From Eledone cirrhosa (lineage: Eukaryota), in the NCBI GenBank assembly GCA_964016885.1, contig OZ024751.1, forward strand, positions 29,388,001-29,452,000: a DNA stretch of 64,000 bases. Reading direction: 5' to 3'. A model generated the notes under the pieces. It searched no databases. It had not been told where the DNA came from and worked only from the letters and a program-made list of their open reading frames with translations. The first letter of the stretch is position 1. Each line of letters begins with the position of its first letter. Shown piece after piece: positions 13,363 to 26,261 of the stretch. A program made the translations under genes and the position numbers.

Positions 13363-14119
13363 CCATTTGCTGGTTTTGTGTCTAAATTAAAAACCTATAT
13401 TAAACATTGCTACCATAGTTTATATGTAAGGATATAAAATAAAACATTATTTCAATTTAATGGCTGCCAGGGAGCAGTTATAAATTCTATTACACACCCA
13501 TTAAGTCAGGGAGCTGCTGTTAATATTGTTTGTTATTATCAGTAGACCAGGTGTGAAATAAAATATTTAAACTGCTTACTAAAGTCTATCTTGTTAGAAA
13601 TGGTGTAAAACATGTAAAAGAGAAATATATATTTGCAATATTTTCTAGAATTCTTCCTTTTACTTCCATTTTGGTTAAACACATTTTTTCTTTTTCTTTT
13701 TTGACTATTAATTTTTTTTTCTGTAAACTATCTTCTTTTATCATATATGTGTTTATTATTTTCAACGTTTCATGTATTACTAGTTTATTATATATGTTTT
13801 ATATCTATCTCTATATATGTTTATTATATATGTTTTATATATATCTCTATATATATGTTTATTATTATATATTTTTTATATGTTTATTATATTTAATATG
13901 CTCTGTGTAATACTAGTTTGTTATTGTTTTATATATGTGTTTGTTATTTATATGTTTCCTAACTTTTTATTAATATTATTTTATTTTATAAGTGTTATTT
14001 GTAACATGTTTCATGTAAAAGTAGTTTATTATTATTTTGTGGTGGATTGAAAGAATTGGTAGAGCATTGGACAAAACGTTTTGCTGCACACATCCACACA
14101 CCCACATACACATACACAT

Positions 14120-14153
<34 letters not shown>

Positions 14154-14185
<32 letters not shown>

Positions 14186-14440
14186 CTCTACGTCCGGTTT
14201 CCTTGCTTGCAAGGGTGGGACAGGTCCTTTTCAGCACAGCAATCTCTCCATTTGTCATGATCCTTTGTCATCTCCTCTGTGAGCTTCAGCAACCTAAGGT
14301 CAGCTCTCACCACTTCCGCCAATGATTTTTGTGGTCTTCCTCTACTGCGTCTTCCTTCCTCTGGGATTTCTTGACACTTCTTTCCCCAGTGGTCATCCTC
14401 CATGTGCATCACATGTCCATACCAATGCAGTCTTCTCTCT
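14154..14440 (-). mobile_element. RTE-clade LINE, 3' end
   Basis: ORF 14188-14454 reads ERRLHWYGHVMHMEDDHW...GRRSRGRPQKSLAEVVRADL...KWR, typical of the RTE ORF C-terminus; (ATG)n tail. Confidence 0.9.
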
Positions 14441-14452
14441 ATATATATATTC

Positions 14453-14759
<307 letters not shown>

Positions 14760-14799
14760 AATAAATTATACAATTATCAAAGTTGTGTTCAAATCATTT

Positions 14800-14851
14800 A
14801 ATAGCTGACAATCATTTCTTCCAAACTCTCGTTTGGAATCATCAGAGCATT
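14800..14851 (-). ncRNA. Minimal type-I hammerhead ribozyme motif in the Penelope-like 3' end
   Basis: Minus strand: aatgct CTGATGA ttccaaac-gaga-gtttggaa GAAA tgattg TC agctatt. Perfect 8-bp stem II with GAGA tetraloop, GUC triplet. Confidence 0.8.
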
Positions 14852-16135
14852 ATCAATGTTTGCACATATAATTAACCTCCTATTCAACTGAACAATAATA
14901 TAGATATATATAAATTGATGTTGTGAGCAACAGTTTCGTATTTACAGGGTGGAATGGATGTGGCATATATTTTACGAGAATTGTACGATAATTGTACAAA
15001 CATTCAAATTCAAATTAAATTAAAATCAAAAGCACGGAGTGGAATACATGCAACAGTTAAAACAAGGCGATAGTCCAAATATTAAAGAGGCATTGAGGAA
15101 GCAGTTTTGAGAAAGGAAGAGTGCGATAACAATTCATATGCAGGTGTGTGGATAGTGTGACTGCGTAAGTCATATACATGAGAAGGAGACAAGCAAAGCT
15201 ATTATGCATATATAGATGAATAAATACTGTAGTTAAAGTAAATATGTTAATGTATGTCTATGGTGGATGTTGAATGTTGATGGTGTTCGAATTAATGTGT
15301 GTTGAGAAACATACAGTTTTTGCAGACTTTTCCATGACATATGTTGAATTAAATTTTAGTTAATGTTTATATTGAGTGTTTTAAGTTAGTTAGAGCAATG
15401 GATTGTAAATTAGTCTTAACGAATTCATATTCATAGACTATATTTGATCAACCGTTAAATATTCAATCATTAATTTCCGGAAGTGAATAAGGGGAGCTAA
15501 TGCGTTAGGGGAGGTAACTAGCTAATTAAGTTCAATTCAGTTATTAAAATTCTTTGTTCTAATACACAATATAATGTGATACCATTGGATCTCTGTTACA
15601 TAACCCTGTATATTTATGCCTGATTTTAAATACAGTGTATTCTACTATCATACATTAAAGGTTTCTTTAGATTGTTATCTATTCATTACTGGACAAGGTA
15701 TATGTTATGAAGGATTATACAGCTGTTAATATGTCATAATAGATATGCTATATGTGCAATAATATAATCCCCAATATAGAATGTTATTACATTCTATATT
15801 TAATTATAAGTGTATATATATTTTATTATTATTATGTTGTGTAATTTAAGCATTTAATTATACAATTATAAATGCACATATACATTAAATGTTTCTACAT
15901 ACCAAGTGCCAAATATCCATTACTGTATATGATATAATTAATCTATTGTAGTTATATCACAAGGTGGTAACTCTATGTCTAATTCTAACTGTTATTGTAG
16001 AGCATAAGGTTATAGATGAATAGGAGTTGTGTAGCGGAAAGAGTTGGTTGAGGGGTTTGTGGCTGTGGGTGCTGCTAAGTCCTAGATGTGTAGTGTTAAT
16101 GATGGTGGGGAATTCAAATCTGACATTGTTGTATA

Positions 16136-16411
16136 CTAACAGCTAGGTTTAAAGTTATGGAACGAGTGTCGGTACCAGTGTTGGCACGAGGAAAATGTCT
16201 CTGACTTTCTATTCAGCAGGTCTAATTTCGAAAAGATTATAGTATGGGTCTCTGGTGGTTTATACGATGAGGCTCTACCTACTACTTCCCATTGCAGTGT
16301 AAATGGTCTATTCCTAGTTTTCAGAGAGAGTATGTAGCTAGATAAAGAAGTGGAGCTGGCTAGATTGTGTTTTTTGAAAGAGTGGAGGTGCGAGTTGTAT
16401 CTCGTCTTGAT
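16136..16411 (-). pseudogene. Penelope-like GIY-YIG endonuclease C-terminal remnant
   Basis: Hand translation: IKTRYNSHLHSFKKHNLASSTSLSSYILSLKTRNRPFTLQWEVVGRASSYKPPETHTIIFSKLDLLNRKSETFSSCQHWYRH...stop. Matches the recalled PLE pattern KxRYNxHxxSF...STxLSxYIxxLK...W...LLNxxSExxSxCxH; the CxLC segment is missing. Not in the ORF track (no start codon). Confidence 0.8.
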
Positions 16412-16418
16412 ATATATA

Positions 16419-17283
16419 CGAGATGTGTCAGAAAAGTTCCAGGACTGATGTCACAAAAGATTTATTTCAAACCCAACCTTCACACTAAGAGTTTTCTCCT
16501 TCAAAGTAATCCCCCTGGAGTATGTAACTGTAATCTTAGCTCTCTGCAGCGATCAAACTTTTTTCTTCATAATTTTATATACATGACCTCTGTTTCAGGT
16601 CGTCAAGCTATGAGCACAGAGCAACGAACAAACTTGAAAACTCCGTCAGAAACACTGGGATTGCTGCAGCAAGTGTGTGGACATGAGACAATGTCACGCT
16701 CACGTGTTTTTGAGTGGTGCAAGATGACCCCAGGAGCAGAATGCCCTCAACAACCAGGACTGAGGTCAATGTTGAGCGCGTCTGGCAGATGGTGCGTAGC
16801 GATCGTTGGCTGACCGTTCCACTAATGGCAAATGAGCTGGGCATGAATCGGGACAGCGCCTGGAAGATTCTCACTGAAGTTTTGGACTAGCGGAAAGTCT
16901 GCGTGAAGACGGTGCCAAAACTGCTGAACGATGACCAGAAGGGTCGACGCATGCAAGTGTGCCAGGACATCCTCGAGCATCTTGAAACCGAACCAGACTT
17001 GCTAGGGACAGTCATCACCGGTGATGAGTCATGGATCTTTGAGTACGACCTGGAGGGGACCCGTTTTGAAGACGTGGACAACATCAAAAAGGCCGTGACG
17101 ACGGAACTGCGGAGGATCCCGGAAGAATCCTTCCAGGAGTGCATGCAAGCGTGGCAGAAAAGGATGGGAAAGTGCATTAGACTCCAGGGGGATTACTTTG
17201 AAGGAGAAAACTCTTAGTGTAAAGTTTGGGTTTGAAATAAATCTTTTGTGACATCAGTCCTGGAACTTTTCTGACACACCTCG
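16419..17283 (+). mobile_element. Internally deleted mariner transposon
   Basis: TA-flanked, inverted repeats of about 103 bp (16419-16521 / 17181-17283). Disrupted transposase pieces MSTEQRTNLK...MSRSRVFEW and TVPKLL...VITGDESWIFEYD, fused to LEGTRFEDVDNIKKAVT...QGDYFEG. Confidence 0.93.
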
Positions 17284-17329
17284 TATATATACATACAATG
17301 ATTATAATGAGCCAGATAATTAGATATCG

Positions 17330-18112
17330 TACAGTTTCTGTCTATCAAAATTCATTCACAAATTATTGGCCAAACTGAGACTTTAGTAGAAGACACTTTC
17401 CCAATGTTTTAACCCTTTAGTATTTAAACCGGCTGTATCTGACCAGAATTCTCTCATCTCCTTTCTCTTCAAACTGGACATAACCAACCACTCATACTTA
17501 TGTTAAGGTATTGTTCTCAAAATAAATAATATCAAAATCTTATAGACTTGATATGTAAGATAAAGCATTTACCGTGAAAATACAATAGTAGAGTAATGTA
17601 AATGTTATGCGAGATATTATGTGAGGTAAAGCATTTACCGTGAAAATACAATAGTAGAGTAATGAAAATGCTATGTGAGATATTATGTAAGGTAAAGCAT
17701 TTACCGTGAAAATACAATAGTAGAGTAATGTAAATGTTATGTGAGATATTATGTGAGGTAAAGCATTTACCATGAAAATACAATAGTAGAGTAATGTAAA
17801 TGTTATGTGAGATATTATGTGAGGTAAAGCATTTACCGTGAAAATACAATAGTAGAGTAATGAAAATGCTATGTGAGATATTATGTAAGGTAAAGCATTT
17901 ACCGTGAAAATACAATAGTAGAGTAATGTAAATGTTATGTGAGATATTATGTGAGGTAAAGCATTTACCATGAAAATACAATAGTAGAGTAATGTAAATG
18001 CTATGTGAGATATTATGTGAGGTAAAGCATTTACCGTGAAAATACAATAGTAGAGTAATGTAAATGCTAAAGGGTTAACAATATGACTGAACCAGAAACC
18101 ACACAGCCATGC
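17330..18112 (-). mobile_element. SINE family B split by a P1 MITE
   Basis: SINE body at 17330-17408; head (gactgaaccagaaaccacacagccatgcc) at 18079-18112. Confidence 0.65.
17413..18074. mobile_element. piggyBac-like MITE P1 with internal 66-bp tandem array (about 8 units)
   Basis: TTAA|ccctttagtattta ... taaatgctaaaggg|TTAA; unit gtgagatattatgtgaggtaaagcatttaccgtgaaaatacaatagtagagtaatgtaaatgttat at 17550-18068. Confidence 0.9.
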
Positions 18113-18702
18113 CTGAACCTACATGTTAATATTTTTAACATGTAATACTAATACTAATTCATTAAAGTTTATTTAAAAGAAAAAAATAATATTACTTGTA
18201 TTCTTGTTGTAAAATATTAGTTATAAACTGACTGTTTATTCCATGATTGATAACTGAACATGAATTTTCTTGTTTTTCTTCTCTTAGAAATTTAAAATAT
18301 GATAAAAATTTACATGTTTGTCTTACCTACTACTTCACAAATTGTAGAGAAATGAGAATTTTGTTATGGCAAAAAATAACAACAAAAATTAGAAATCATT
18401 TTTCATTTAAAAAAAAAACAAATTTCTAAGAGTAATGCCAGTATTTTTAGAAAATGGTAGTTATAAGAAGCCCATATGTTTGAATTAAATTTAGCTGGAA
18501 TTGAATAAAGTTTTGCTCAAAATAAACTACAATTTACATTTAGCATTTCACTATTCTGGCTGTATTTCACATCTGCTCCCTTTTTAAAGTTAAGTCCACT
18601 AACTTTTTAGATGTATTCTTGAATTTCAATTTTGAAAATTTGGTTGAAGATTTTGTCTTACAAAATAATGTTTTTTGTATTTTTGCCACAAGGGAAGGAG
18701 AA

Positions 18703-18965
18703 AGTCGATTAAATCGACCCAGTGCATTACTGGTACTTTATTTCATCGACCCTGTAAGGACGAAAGGCAAAGAGACGTAACTATACACTGCAAAGCATAT
18801 CCAACGCTCTACTGATTCTGCCATTCCATTTATAAGATAATAATTTCTAATTTAGGCACAAGGCCAGCAATTTTGTGGAAGTGTGGGTAGGGATTGATGT
18901 ATTAGATTCATCTGAATACTTAACAGGTGTTTTATTTTATTGATCCTAACTAGATGAAAGGTAGG
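18703..18965 (-). mobile_element. Two diverged SINE family A copies
   Basis: cagtgcattactggtactttatttcatcgaccctgtaaggacgaaaggcaaag and aggcacaaggccagcaattt. Confidence 0.75.
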
Positions 18966-19143
18966 ACTTCATAAGCTCCATCTTGGTTGCAGTAAGTAGG
19001 GAGGAGATTTAGGGTCCAGAACCCTACGAATTCAATGAAAGAATAGCAAAGGAAATATTTCAGTGATTTGTTTAATGATTCAGTCAACTTCTTATTCATT
19101 TTGGGGAGTGTCAGTCTTTCTGTTATTTCAGAAAGTGCCTTAA

Positions 19144-19320
19144 CCTTTTAGCATTTACTTTACTCTATATTTAGTATTGTATTTTAATGATAAAGGCTTT
19201 ATCTCACATAATACTGAAGCTATGAGATTTTGATGTTATTATTTATTTTGGGAACAATAGCTTAATGTCGGTATGAGCGGCCAGTTTGAACAGAAAGAGG
19301 TGAGAGAATTCTGACGAGAT
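19144..19320. mobile_element. piggyBac-like MITE P1, truncated
   Basis: TTAA|ccttttagcattta start; body matches 5875-6097; ends at the adjacent mariner-type MITE. Confidence 0.8.
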
Positions 19321-19500
19321 TATGAGGATTGGCTGAAAAATTCATAGGCTGACTATGAAGGAGTGATGTTAGAGTTGTGGAATCTTGCAGGCATTAAGTT
19401 CTATTATTCTTATCAATAACGGCATTGTTTCTTTCCAGGGACTATTTTGAAAGATATATCTCATTTGGTCAGCCTATGAACTTTTCAGCTGACACTTATA
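19321..19500. mobile_element. mariner-type MITE
   Basis: Inverted termini gctgaaaaattcataggctgac / gtcagcctatgaacttttcagc, TA flanks; opposite-orientation copy at 32915-33093. Confidence 0.75.
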
Positions 19501-20933
19501 TATCATGAAGAAGTCATTTCAGTTATTCTAACGCACTCATCAAAAACTGTTAACTTTATTTTACATTTATATCAACAATTTTTGTCACACCCTTTGCGAC
19601 CAGGTCCCTGACAAGTAGTTGCAGTGAAACTGTGTAAGTGACCAGGTTTTAAACATCATCATCGTCATTGTTTTAATGTCCTCTTTCCTTGCTAGCAAGG
19701 GTTGGACAGGTCCACACAGACAAAGTCAGTACTGAGGCAAAACTACTGATCAGATGACAAAAACAGTGTTTCAAAAAAATATTTTTGACACCAAGAAATA
19801 ATGATAAATGTAAAGCAAATTTTAACAGTTTTTCTGTGTCTTTTTATATTGTTAAAGCGACTTCTTCCATGATATAATCTTTCTGACCTTATAACTCTAC
19901 TTCTTCTCCCCCATCAGTTAATTCATAGCCAGAGAAGGAAAATATAACAAAAGGCTAGGGTTTCTCCATAGCTGGTGGTCTTTTCCTCATTTTTCTTCTA
20001 TTATTATAAGCAAGCTGAGTCAGTCAACCACAGAATTTAATTAACCATATCAGTTTAAACAGCTGAATGGTTACAATGCTGATCAAGTCATTAATGTAAC
20101 AATTTGATTCTACATAAATATATCAGCAACACTTTCCAGCTCAGCTATTGACTTTTATTAAGGATTCTTGATTTTCATTTTAATTAAACAACTGTTTACT
20201 TGCTTGCAAATGAAAAATTGTCTTTACATGTTGCTACACTATAGCTGAGTTTCAAATGTTGATATAGCTATAAATTGGTTAAACATACAGAAAAAGAAAA
20301 CAGCTTTGGAAAGGACTATAAATGCCATAAATGAGAGGAAAAGGAGGGGAAGAGTAAGGACTATTAGACAAAGGAAGAAAGAACGAGGGAAGAGGAGAGG
20401 GTGACAGACTCTACATTTAGGTCAGATTGGTATTTCGGTTGCTCCAAATGACACCCACTGCAACAGCCACCCCACATCGCAGGGCTACTTCCTCAGATGC
20501 GCTGCTATTGATCCAATTTTATGGAGAAGGTCAGCTGTCTGGGTCTGAAGATGCCTGGGGTCTTGGCAGCAACTTGTGCAAAGAGGAAGTTGCCATCTAA
20601 CTTTTAAACTGTTCTATCTATAAGCTAACTTTATAGCATTTCTGCAGTTGAGCACTTGACAGACTTTAACCCTGCAATGGACTGGCATCCTATCCAGCAG
20701 GGAGAGTGAGTCTTCTACTTTCAGTTATTTCACACTATTGAAACTGGGTTCAGTAGCAGCCTGATGAGGCTCAGGTTTTGAGACAGCAGACGTTAGACTT
20801 TTAGATTACACCAAGGATAGCAAGAAGGGAGATAACCTTAGAAGTGCTGGTAAACAAATCAAAGAGAAATATTAAAAAAAATTTTAAATGACAAAGATTA
20901 GGGAGACGACAATGATATATTTGTAACAAAATA

Positions 20934-21305
20934 CAATATATCCCTGGCATTCGTGGCCCAGGCACTTGCTATCCCAGTTATTCACAGAATTTTCCTTAGA
21001 ACCTAGCTAATAATTGTTCATAGAAACCACCACATATTTGCGGGATCGTAAATATCTTCTGTGATTCTTTTAATGGCTTTTTTCATGGCAATATATATTT
21101 TTTTAATGCTAAATTATTAATAACAAGATACTGTGATTGTCGGCCTATTGGACGCCCTTCACATAAGACATTCCCTCTTATTATATTTGACATTATATTT
21201 TGATGTTTATAGTCATTTTTAGGGACCATGTCCAATATTCGTGGTTTTTCACTCTTCATGGGTGCTGTAGGACCATAACCTCCTAGAATACCAGGGGACA
21301 ACTGT
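20934..21305. mobile_element. Degenerate Tigger/pogo-like MITE
   Basis: ta|caatatatccctggcattc ... gaataccaggggacaactg|ta. Confidence 0.5.
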
Positions 21306-21373
21306 ACATCTGGAAATATATATAGGGATGAAAAAATGGACTAAATGTTGTAGTTTATTATTTGTTTTGGTTA

Positions 21374-21567
21374 GGGCGGTGGATTGGCAGTATCGATAGA
21401 GGGTCGGACGCCATGCTTTGACGCATAGAGTTACGGCCCTTTCCAATCTGAGTTCAAATCCCGCCGAGGTTAACTTTGCTTTTCATCCTTACGGGGTCGA
21501 TAAAATAAAGTACCAGTAATACACTGGGATAATTGCTGGCCTTGTGCCAAAAGTAGAAACAATTATT
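21374..21567 (+). mobile_element. SINE family A, full-length young copy with 17-bp target-site duplication
   Basis: Complete consensus; attatttgttttggtta at both 21357-21373 and 21562-21578. Confidence 0.95.
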
Positions 21568-22393
21568 TGTTTTGGTTAAGTTTTCTGAAAGTGTCTATTA
21601 TTTTGGTAAAATTATTGTCATTCTATAATCCAAACAATCAGTTGTTTATCATGTCTGTAAGAGATTTTCATAAGAAAATATAGAAAATGTTTTTTTTGTT
21701 ATTGTTATATTTGCAAAAAAAGTAAGACAAGATTTTGCAAGTATTTGTCAAACTCAAGTATTTAGACAATATTCTACATTGAGATATAAATAAAAGCTGC
21801 TTTACTAAGATTTTCTTTCCTTTTATTATCATCATCACCATTAGCATTATTACCATTGTTTTTATTATTATTAGTAGTAGTAGTATTAATAATATTTACT
21901 AATAGTATTATTGTTATTTTTGTAATGTTTACTACAAACATATTTAATCTTTTCAGTTTCAGCTTATCGTAACGTTAAGTTTAGACAATTTAAGTGTAAA
22001 GTTGAAGAGATAGATAGATGAGTTGACATTCAAAATAAATCTGGAATTTATAAGAAATAAATATTGTTTCTGGAATAATCTTGGTCAGTTTTGTCAAACA
22101 TTGATCTCAAAGTAGCCATTTTAATACTTCATGTGTTCATCCTTAAGCCTAACATGCAGAAATTGTATTTTGGTTTTATCACTTATGATTATCTCAGAAT
22201 AGACACTGAAATGGTAAGTCACTTGCGCTAATCTAAATGTTAATCTATTGTACAGGTTATTTTCAGTCACACTCTTTAAATTCCTGCATCTTCATGTCGT
22301 TAAATCCTGATTATCACATTTGGTTGAACTATATCAATTAATGCTTCCTAACTGAACCACCTGGCTTCTATTATGAATGTTTATTTCCTATGA

Positions 22394-22835
22394 AATTAGG
22401 TCTTCCTTAAAACATGAGTTCCTTACATTTAAAAAGGTTGAGATTTTACCATGTAAATTAGGTCTTTGTTAAAACATGAGATTCCTACATTTAAAAAGAG
22501 TTTAGATTTAGGTCTTCCTTAAAACATGAGCTCATTTAAAAAGGGTTGAGATTTTACCATGGGAATTAGGTCTTTGTTAAAATATGAGATCCCTACATTT
22601 AAAAAGGGTTGAGATTTTAGCTTGGAAATTAAGTCTTTGTTAAAACATGAGCTCCCTACATTTAAAAAGGGTTGAGATTTAGGTCTTCCTTAAAACATGA
22701 GCTCATTTAAAAAGGGTTGAGATTTTACCATGGGAATTAGGTCTTTGTTAAAACATGAGATCCCTACATTTAAAAAGGGTTGAGATTTAACCATGGAAAT
22801 TAGGTCTTTGTTAAAACATGAGATCCTTATATTTA
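22394..22835. repeat. Minisatellite of about 50-62 bp, 8 units
   Basis: Unit aattaggtctttgttaaaacatgagatccctacatttaaaaagggttgagattttaccatgg, with shorter variants. Confidence 0.9.
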
Positions 22836-23053
22836 ACATTCAAACTAACTATATCCAGCCAGAATTTTCTTATCTCTTTCTGTTCAAACTGGCTGTAACT
22901 GGCCACTCATACTGATGTTAAGGTATTGTTCTCAAAATAAATAATATCAAAATCTCATAGATTTGATATTATGTGAGATAATTATGTGAGGTAAAGCCTT
23001 TACCGTGAAAATACAATGGTAAATATAGAGTAAAGTAAATGCTAAAGGGTTAA
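22836..23053. mobile_element. piggyBac-like MITE P1
   Basis: Body matches P1; ends taaatgctaaaggg|TTAA. Confidence 0.8.
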
Positions 23054-23635
23054 ACCAATGAAGGATACACCACCACCATTATCACTATCATGATGATTAT
23101 CAAGTTGTCTCTTAGAAAATCTCAGCTGTCTTCCATACAATCTCAGAGCTTGTTTATACAAATATTTCTTAGCATTGTGATAAATATACACCTTTGACCT
23201 TCCATACTTTATTTTTTCACAGTTTTATTTTCTTAATTTATTTATTCTTTATTCACCTTTATTCACCACTAGACTATGTTGACATTTTCATTCTTCTCCA
23301 CAACATAGACAATTTATAAAGTTTTATTTCTAGTTTTTGGTGTTTTAAAAAATAAAGTTAGACTGCTGTGGTGTTTATTTTGGTAAAATCTTTCTGAAGT
23401 TAGTGTCTTCTGGTGAAACCACAAGTTTGACATAATTCAGAGGATGTTGTACATGTCATTCCTTCATAGTTCTATGGGTGAAACGTGCATCCTCAAGTAT
23501 GGTTTGCTAATTTGTTATGGAACTAAATTTATATGCGGTGTGTGTGTATGTGTAAGTATGCTTGTATATATCTGTGTATGTGTGTGTTTATATGTCAACA
23601 TGAATGGACCTGTTATTTTTATCTAAAGATGTTGT

Positions 23636-23859
23636 TTCCAATTCCAACCCACTTGGACCAAAGTATTACTGAACTTGGATTTGTGGACAAAGAGCACAGC
23701 TTCCTAATTCATAGACTACAAATGGCTGCGATAGCTGGCACCTTCAAAATTTTAAAAACATTCCTGCGATTCAAGGGATGACAATCTTTTTCTTTTAGAA
23801 CCTTACCACCAGGAAGGTGACCAGTCAAAATCTACTCGAAATTAAGAGAAAGAGAAACG

Positions 23860-23860
<1 letters not shown>
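23636..23860 (+). mobile_element. R4/Dong-like (REL-endonuclease) retrotransposon 3' end
   Basis: IPTHLDQSITELGF...LIHRLQMAAIAGTFKILKTFLRFKG-stop resembles the recalled LQKxAxLGTxxIxRxFL C-terminus; short UTR, then microsatellite. Confidence 0.6.
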
Positions 23861-23902
<42 letters not shown>

Positions 23903-24309
23903 CACAACACAACACAACACAACACAACACAACACAACACAACACATACCTTAACTAACTGAAGTAAAATTCACTGTAACTTAGATTATATAACGAAAAA
24001 AAAAAAACCTGAAAAATAAACCCCCAAAAAAATAAATGATTGATGTTGAAATAAAAATAAAATAATACAAAAACAAGTGAGAAAATGAAGTTATCAATGA
24101 AATAAAATGATATTAATTATTTGTTATTGAACAGTTAGCTGTACTGGCTTTGCTGATTCCATATGATGATGAATATATATCAATTTTCGTGTTAGCTTAA
24201 ATTAGGAGTGTGTTGAAAGTTTTTGCTTCTATTGAGACAGTATTGTTGATATTTGCTGTGTTTTAGAAGACATTGGTCGATGTGTCTAGCTAGAGGAGAT
24301 ACAACACTA

Positions 24310-24745
24310 CTGACTGAGAGTGGGAGGGGGGTTGTGTCTGATTGCCTGTGACTGAGTGTGGGGGTGATTGACTGAGTGTGTGGGGGATTGTGTGTGATTG
24401 TCTGACTGATTGTGGGAGGGGGGGTTGTGTGTGTGTGACTGAGTGTGGGAGGGGGTTGTGTGTGTGGGGGGTGATTGTCTGTGACTGAGTGTGGGGGGGT
24501 TGTGTGTGTGGGGGGGGGGGGTGATTGTCTGTGACTGAGTGTGTGTGTGAGAGGGTGGTGGTGTATGTGTGTGAGTGTCTGTGTGTGTGTGTGGGGAGGG
24601 GGGGGGGGGGTTGTCTGTGACAGAGTGTGTGTGATTGTCTAACTGAGTGTGCATGTGTGGGTCTAGGTCTGGGTGAGTGTCTGTGACTGAGTTTGTGTGT
24701 GTAATTGGTTGTGTGAGTGTGTGTGTGTGAGTGTGTGCGTATGAA
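24310..24745. repeat. G/T-rich degenerate tandem repeat
   Basis: Recurrent gtgactgagtgtg...gggggttgtgt / gtgattgtct units. Confidence 0.8.
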
Positions 24746-25571
24746 TGTGTATGTGTTGGCAGTTCTGTAAGTGAAATCGAGATGAATAGCTGAGGTGTTG
24801 AGTGTAAAAAGAAACACTAATATATCTATATATGTGTGTGTGCGTGCATATATGTGTGTGTGTGCGTGCATATATGTGTGTGTGTGTGTATATATATTTG
24901 TGGGTGTGTATATATTGGCAGGTCTTTATGTCAAATGAAGCTAAATTGCTGAGGTGTTGTGTGTAGAGAAAAATACCGGTGTATGTGTTTGTGTGTGTGT
25001 GTATATATATGTATGTGTGTGTTTGTATATATATATGTGTGTGTGTTTGTCTGTATGTATATATATATTGGCAGTTCTTTATGTCAAATCGAGCCAAATT
25101 GCTGAGGTGCTGTGTCAGGCGAAGACAGTTGATCTTTATAGATTGAGTCAGTGTTGCAATAGTATAAAGTACATTTAGCTGCATACTGTTCAATACTTAC
25201 CACAACTGATTGATTACTGTTTCTAGCCCAATCGAGGTTATCAATTGTTCAGAATACATGGGAAATCTCTTTGTCGATCTTTTAGGTTTCATATTGTATT
25301 TTAAGCTATCAATACTTGTAAGGCAAAGGTTTGGTGGTTTTTCCATTCCCCTCTCTCTCTCTGTCTCTCTTTGTCTCCACCTCTCTCTCTCTGTCTCTCT
25401 TTGTCTCCACCTCTCTCTCTGTCTCTCTTTGTCTTTGTCTCTCTTACTCATTTTATCCTATTCACTTTTTATAGTTAGTTATATTTAGCCTTCGTCTTTG
25501 ATTAATAGGAATTAGATACAGTCGCTTGCGTTTATTACCAAGCTTTCAGTTTACAAAATTCTTTCTTGTAG

Positions 25572-25721
25572 GAAGGAACCGGAATGTGGTCAGAATCGTA
25601 CCCTCGCTGCCGCATTCTCAACCTCCGGCTGCTACCTAGCCGTATCTGATGACTTCAAGCAACTGCATTTGTATGTTTTGGAAGCAGGCGACAATACCGA
25701 GTGGATTTTGAAGACATCAAG
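25572..25721 (+). CDS. WDR4: Internal coding exon of a WD40 protein, probably WDR4/Trm82 (non-catalytic subunit of tRNA m7G46 methyltransferase)
   Basis: Acceptor ttctttcttgtAG, donor AAG|GTAAGT, 150 nt, phase 2-2. Open frame KEPECGQNRTLAAAFSTSGCYLAVSDDFKQLHLYVLEAGDNTEWILKTS(R) resembles human WDR4 [25 protein letters not shown]...WQCLSVR (recalled, not aligned). Confidence 0.78.
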
Positions 25722-26207
25722 GTAAGTAAATTATTTACTTTTCGAAGACACAATTTACTTTCTTCTCTTCACGAAGATACATATCTGAATTTTCTTTTAC
25801 TTAGTCACACAAAACAAAAAGAAAAAAAAAGGGATTATTGGATAGCAAATATTGAAAATATCTTGAGTTGATCTTTGTATTTAATCCTTTCTTATCTCCT
25901 GAGTGACTAAATCTTTCTCTTAGTTAACCCTGCTTACAACAACACAGCAACAATGACGATGATGAGCCACTAGAAATGTCAATGAAATAATAAAGAATTT
26001 AGCACTGCGTTGTTTTCTGTACCATTCTTTTCCTTCCTGTTGATACAGCACACTGCAACTTGGGCTGAATTCTTCTGCTGTGGATCAACTCTAGAATTAG
26101 TTGCAGATCACTTCATCACTTCATCACTTCATTCTCTCATGATGAATGGTTTATAGTTATATTTTTTTCTCTGTTTTTCTTTTTATCTTTGTGCTGATAC
26201 ATACATA

Positions 26208-26261
<54 letters not shown>

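Larger units (their letters stand above)
14762..16411 (-). mobile_element. 5'-truncated Penelope-like element (GIY-YIG C-terminus, 3' UTR, terminal hammerhead)
   Basis: Endonuclease remnant at 16136-16411, AT-rich 3' region of about 1.3 kb, hammerhead near the 3' end, both ends at TA tracts. Continuity of the middle part is inferred. Confidence 0.7.

Noticed and set aside
17532-18047. 22-aa repeat ORF (YFHGKCFTSHNISH...)
   Set aside because: Product of the 66-bp array inside a MITE.
20755-20795. Hammerhead at CTGATGA (20761)
   Set aside because: No GAAA...UH with closing stems; looks like a SINE tail.
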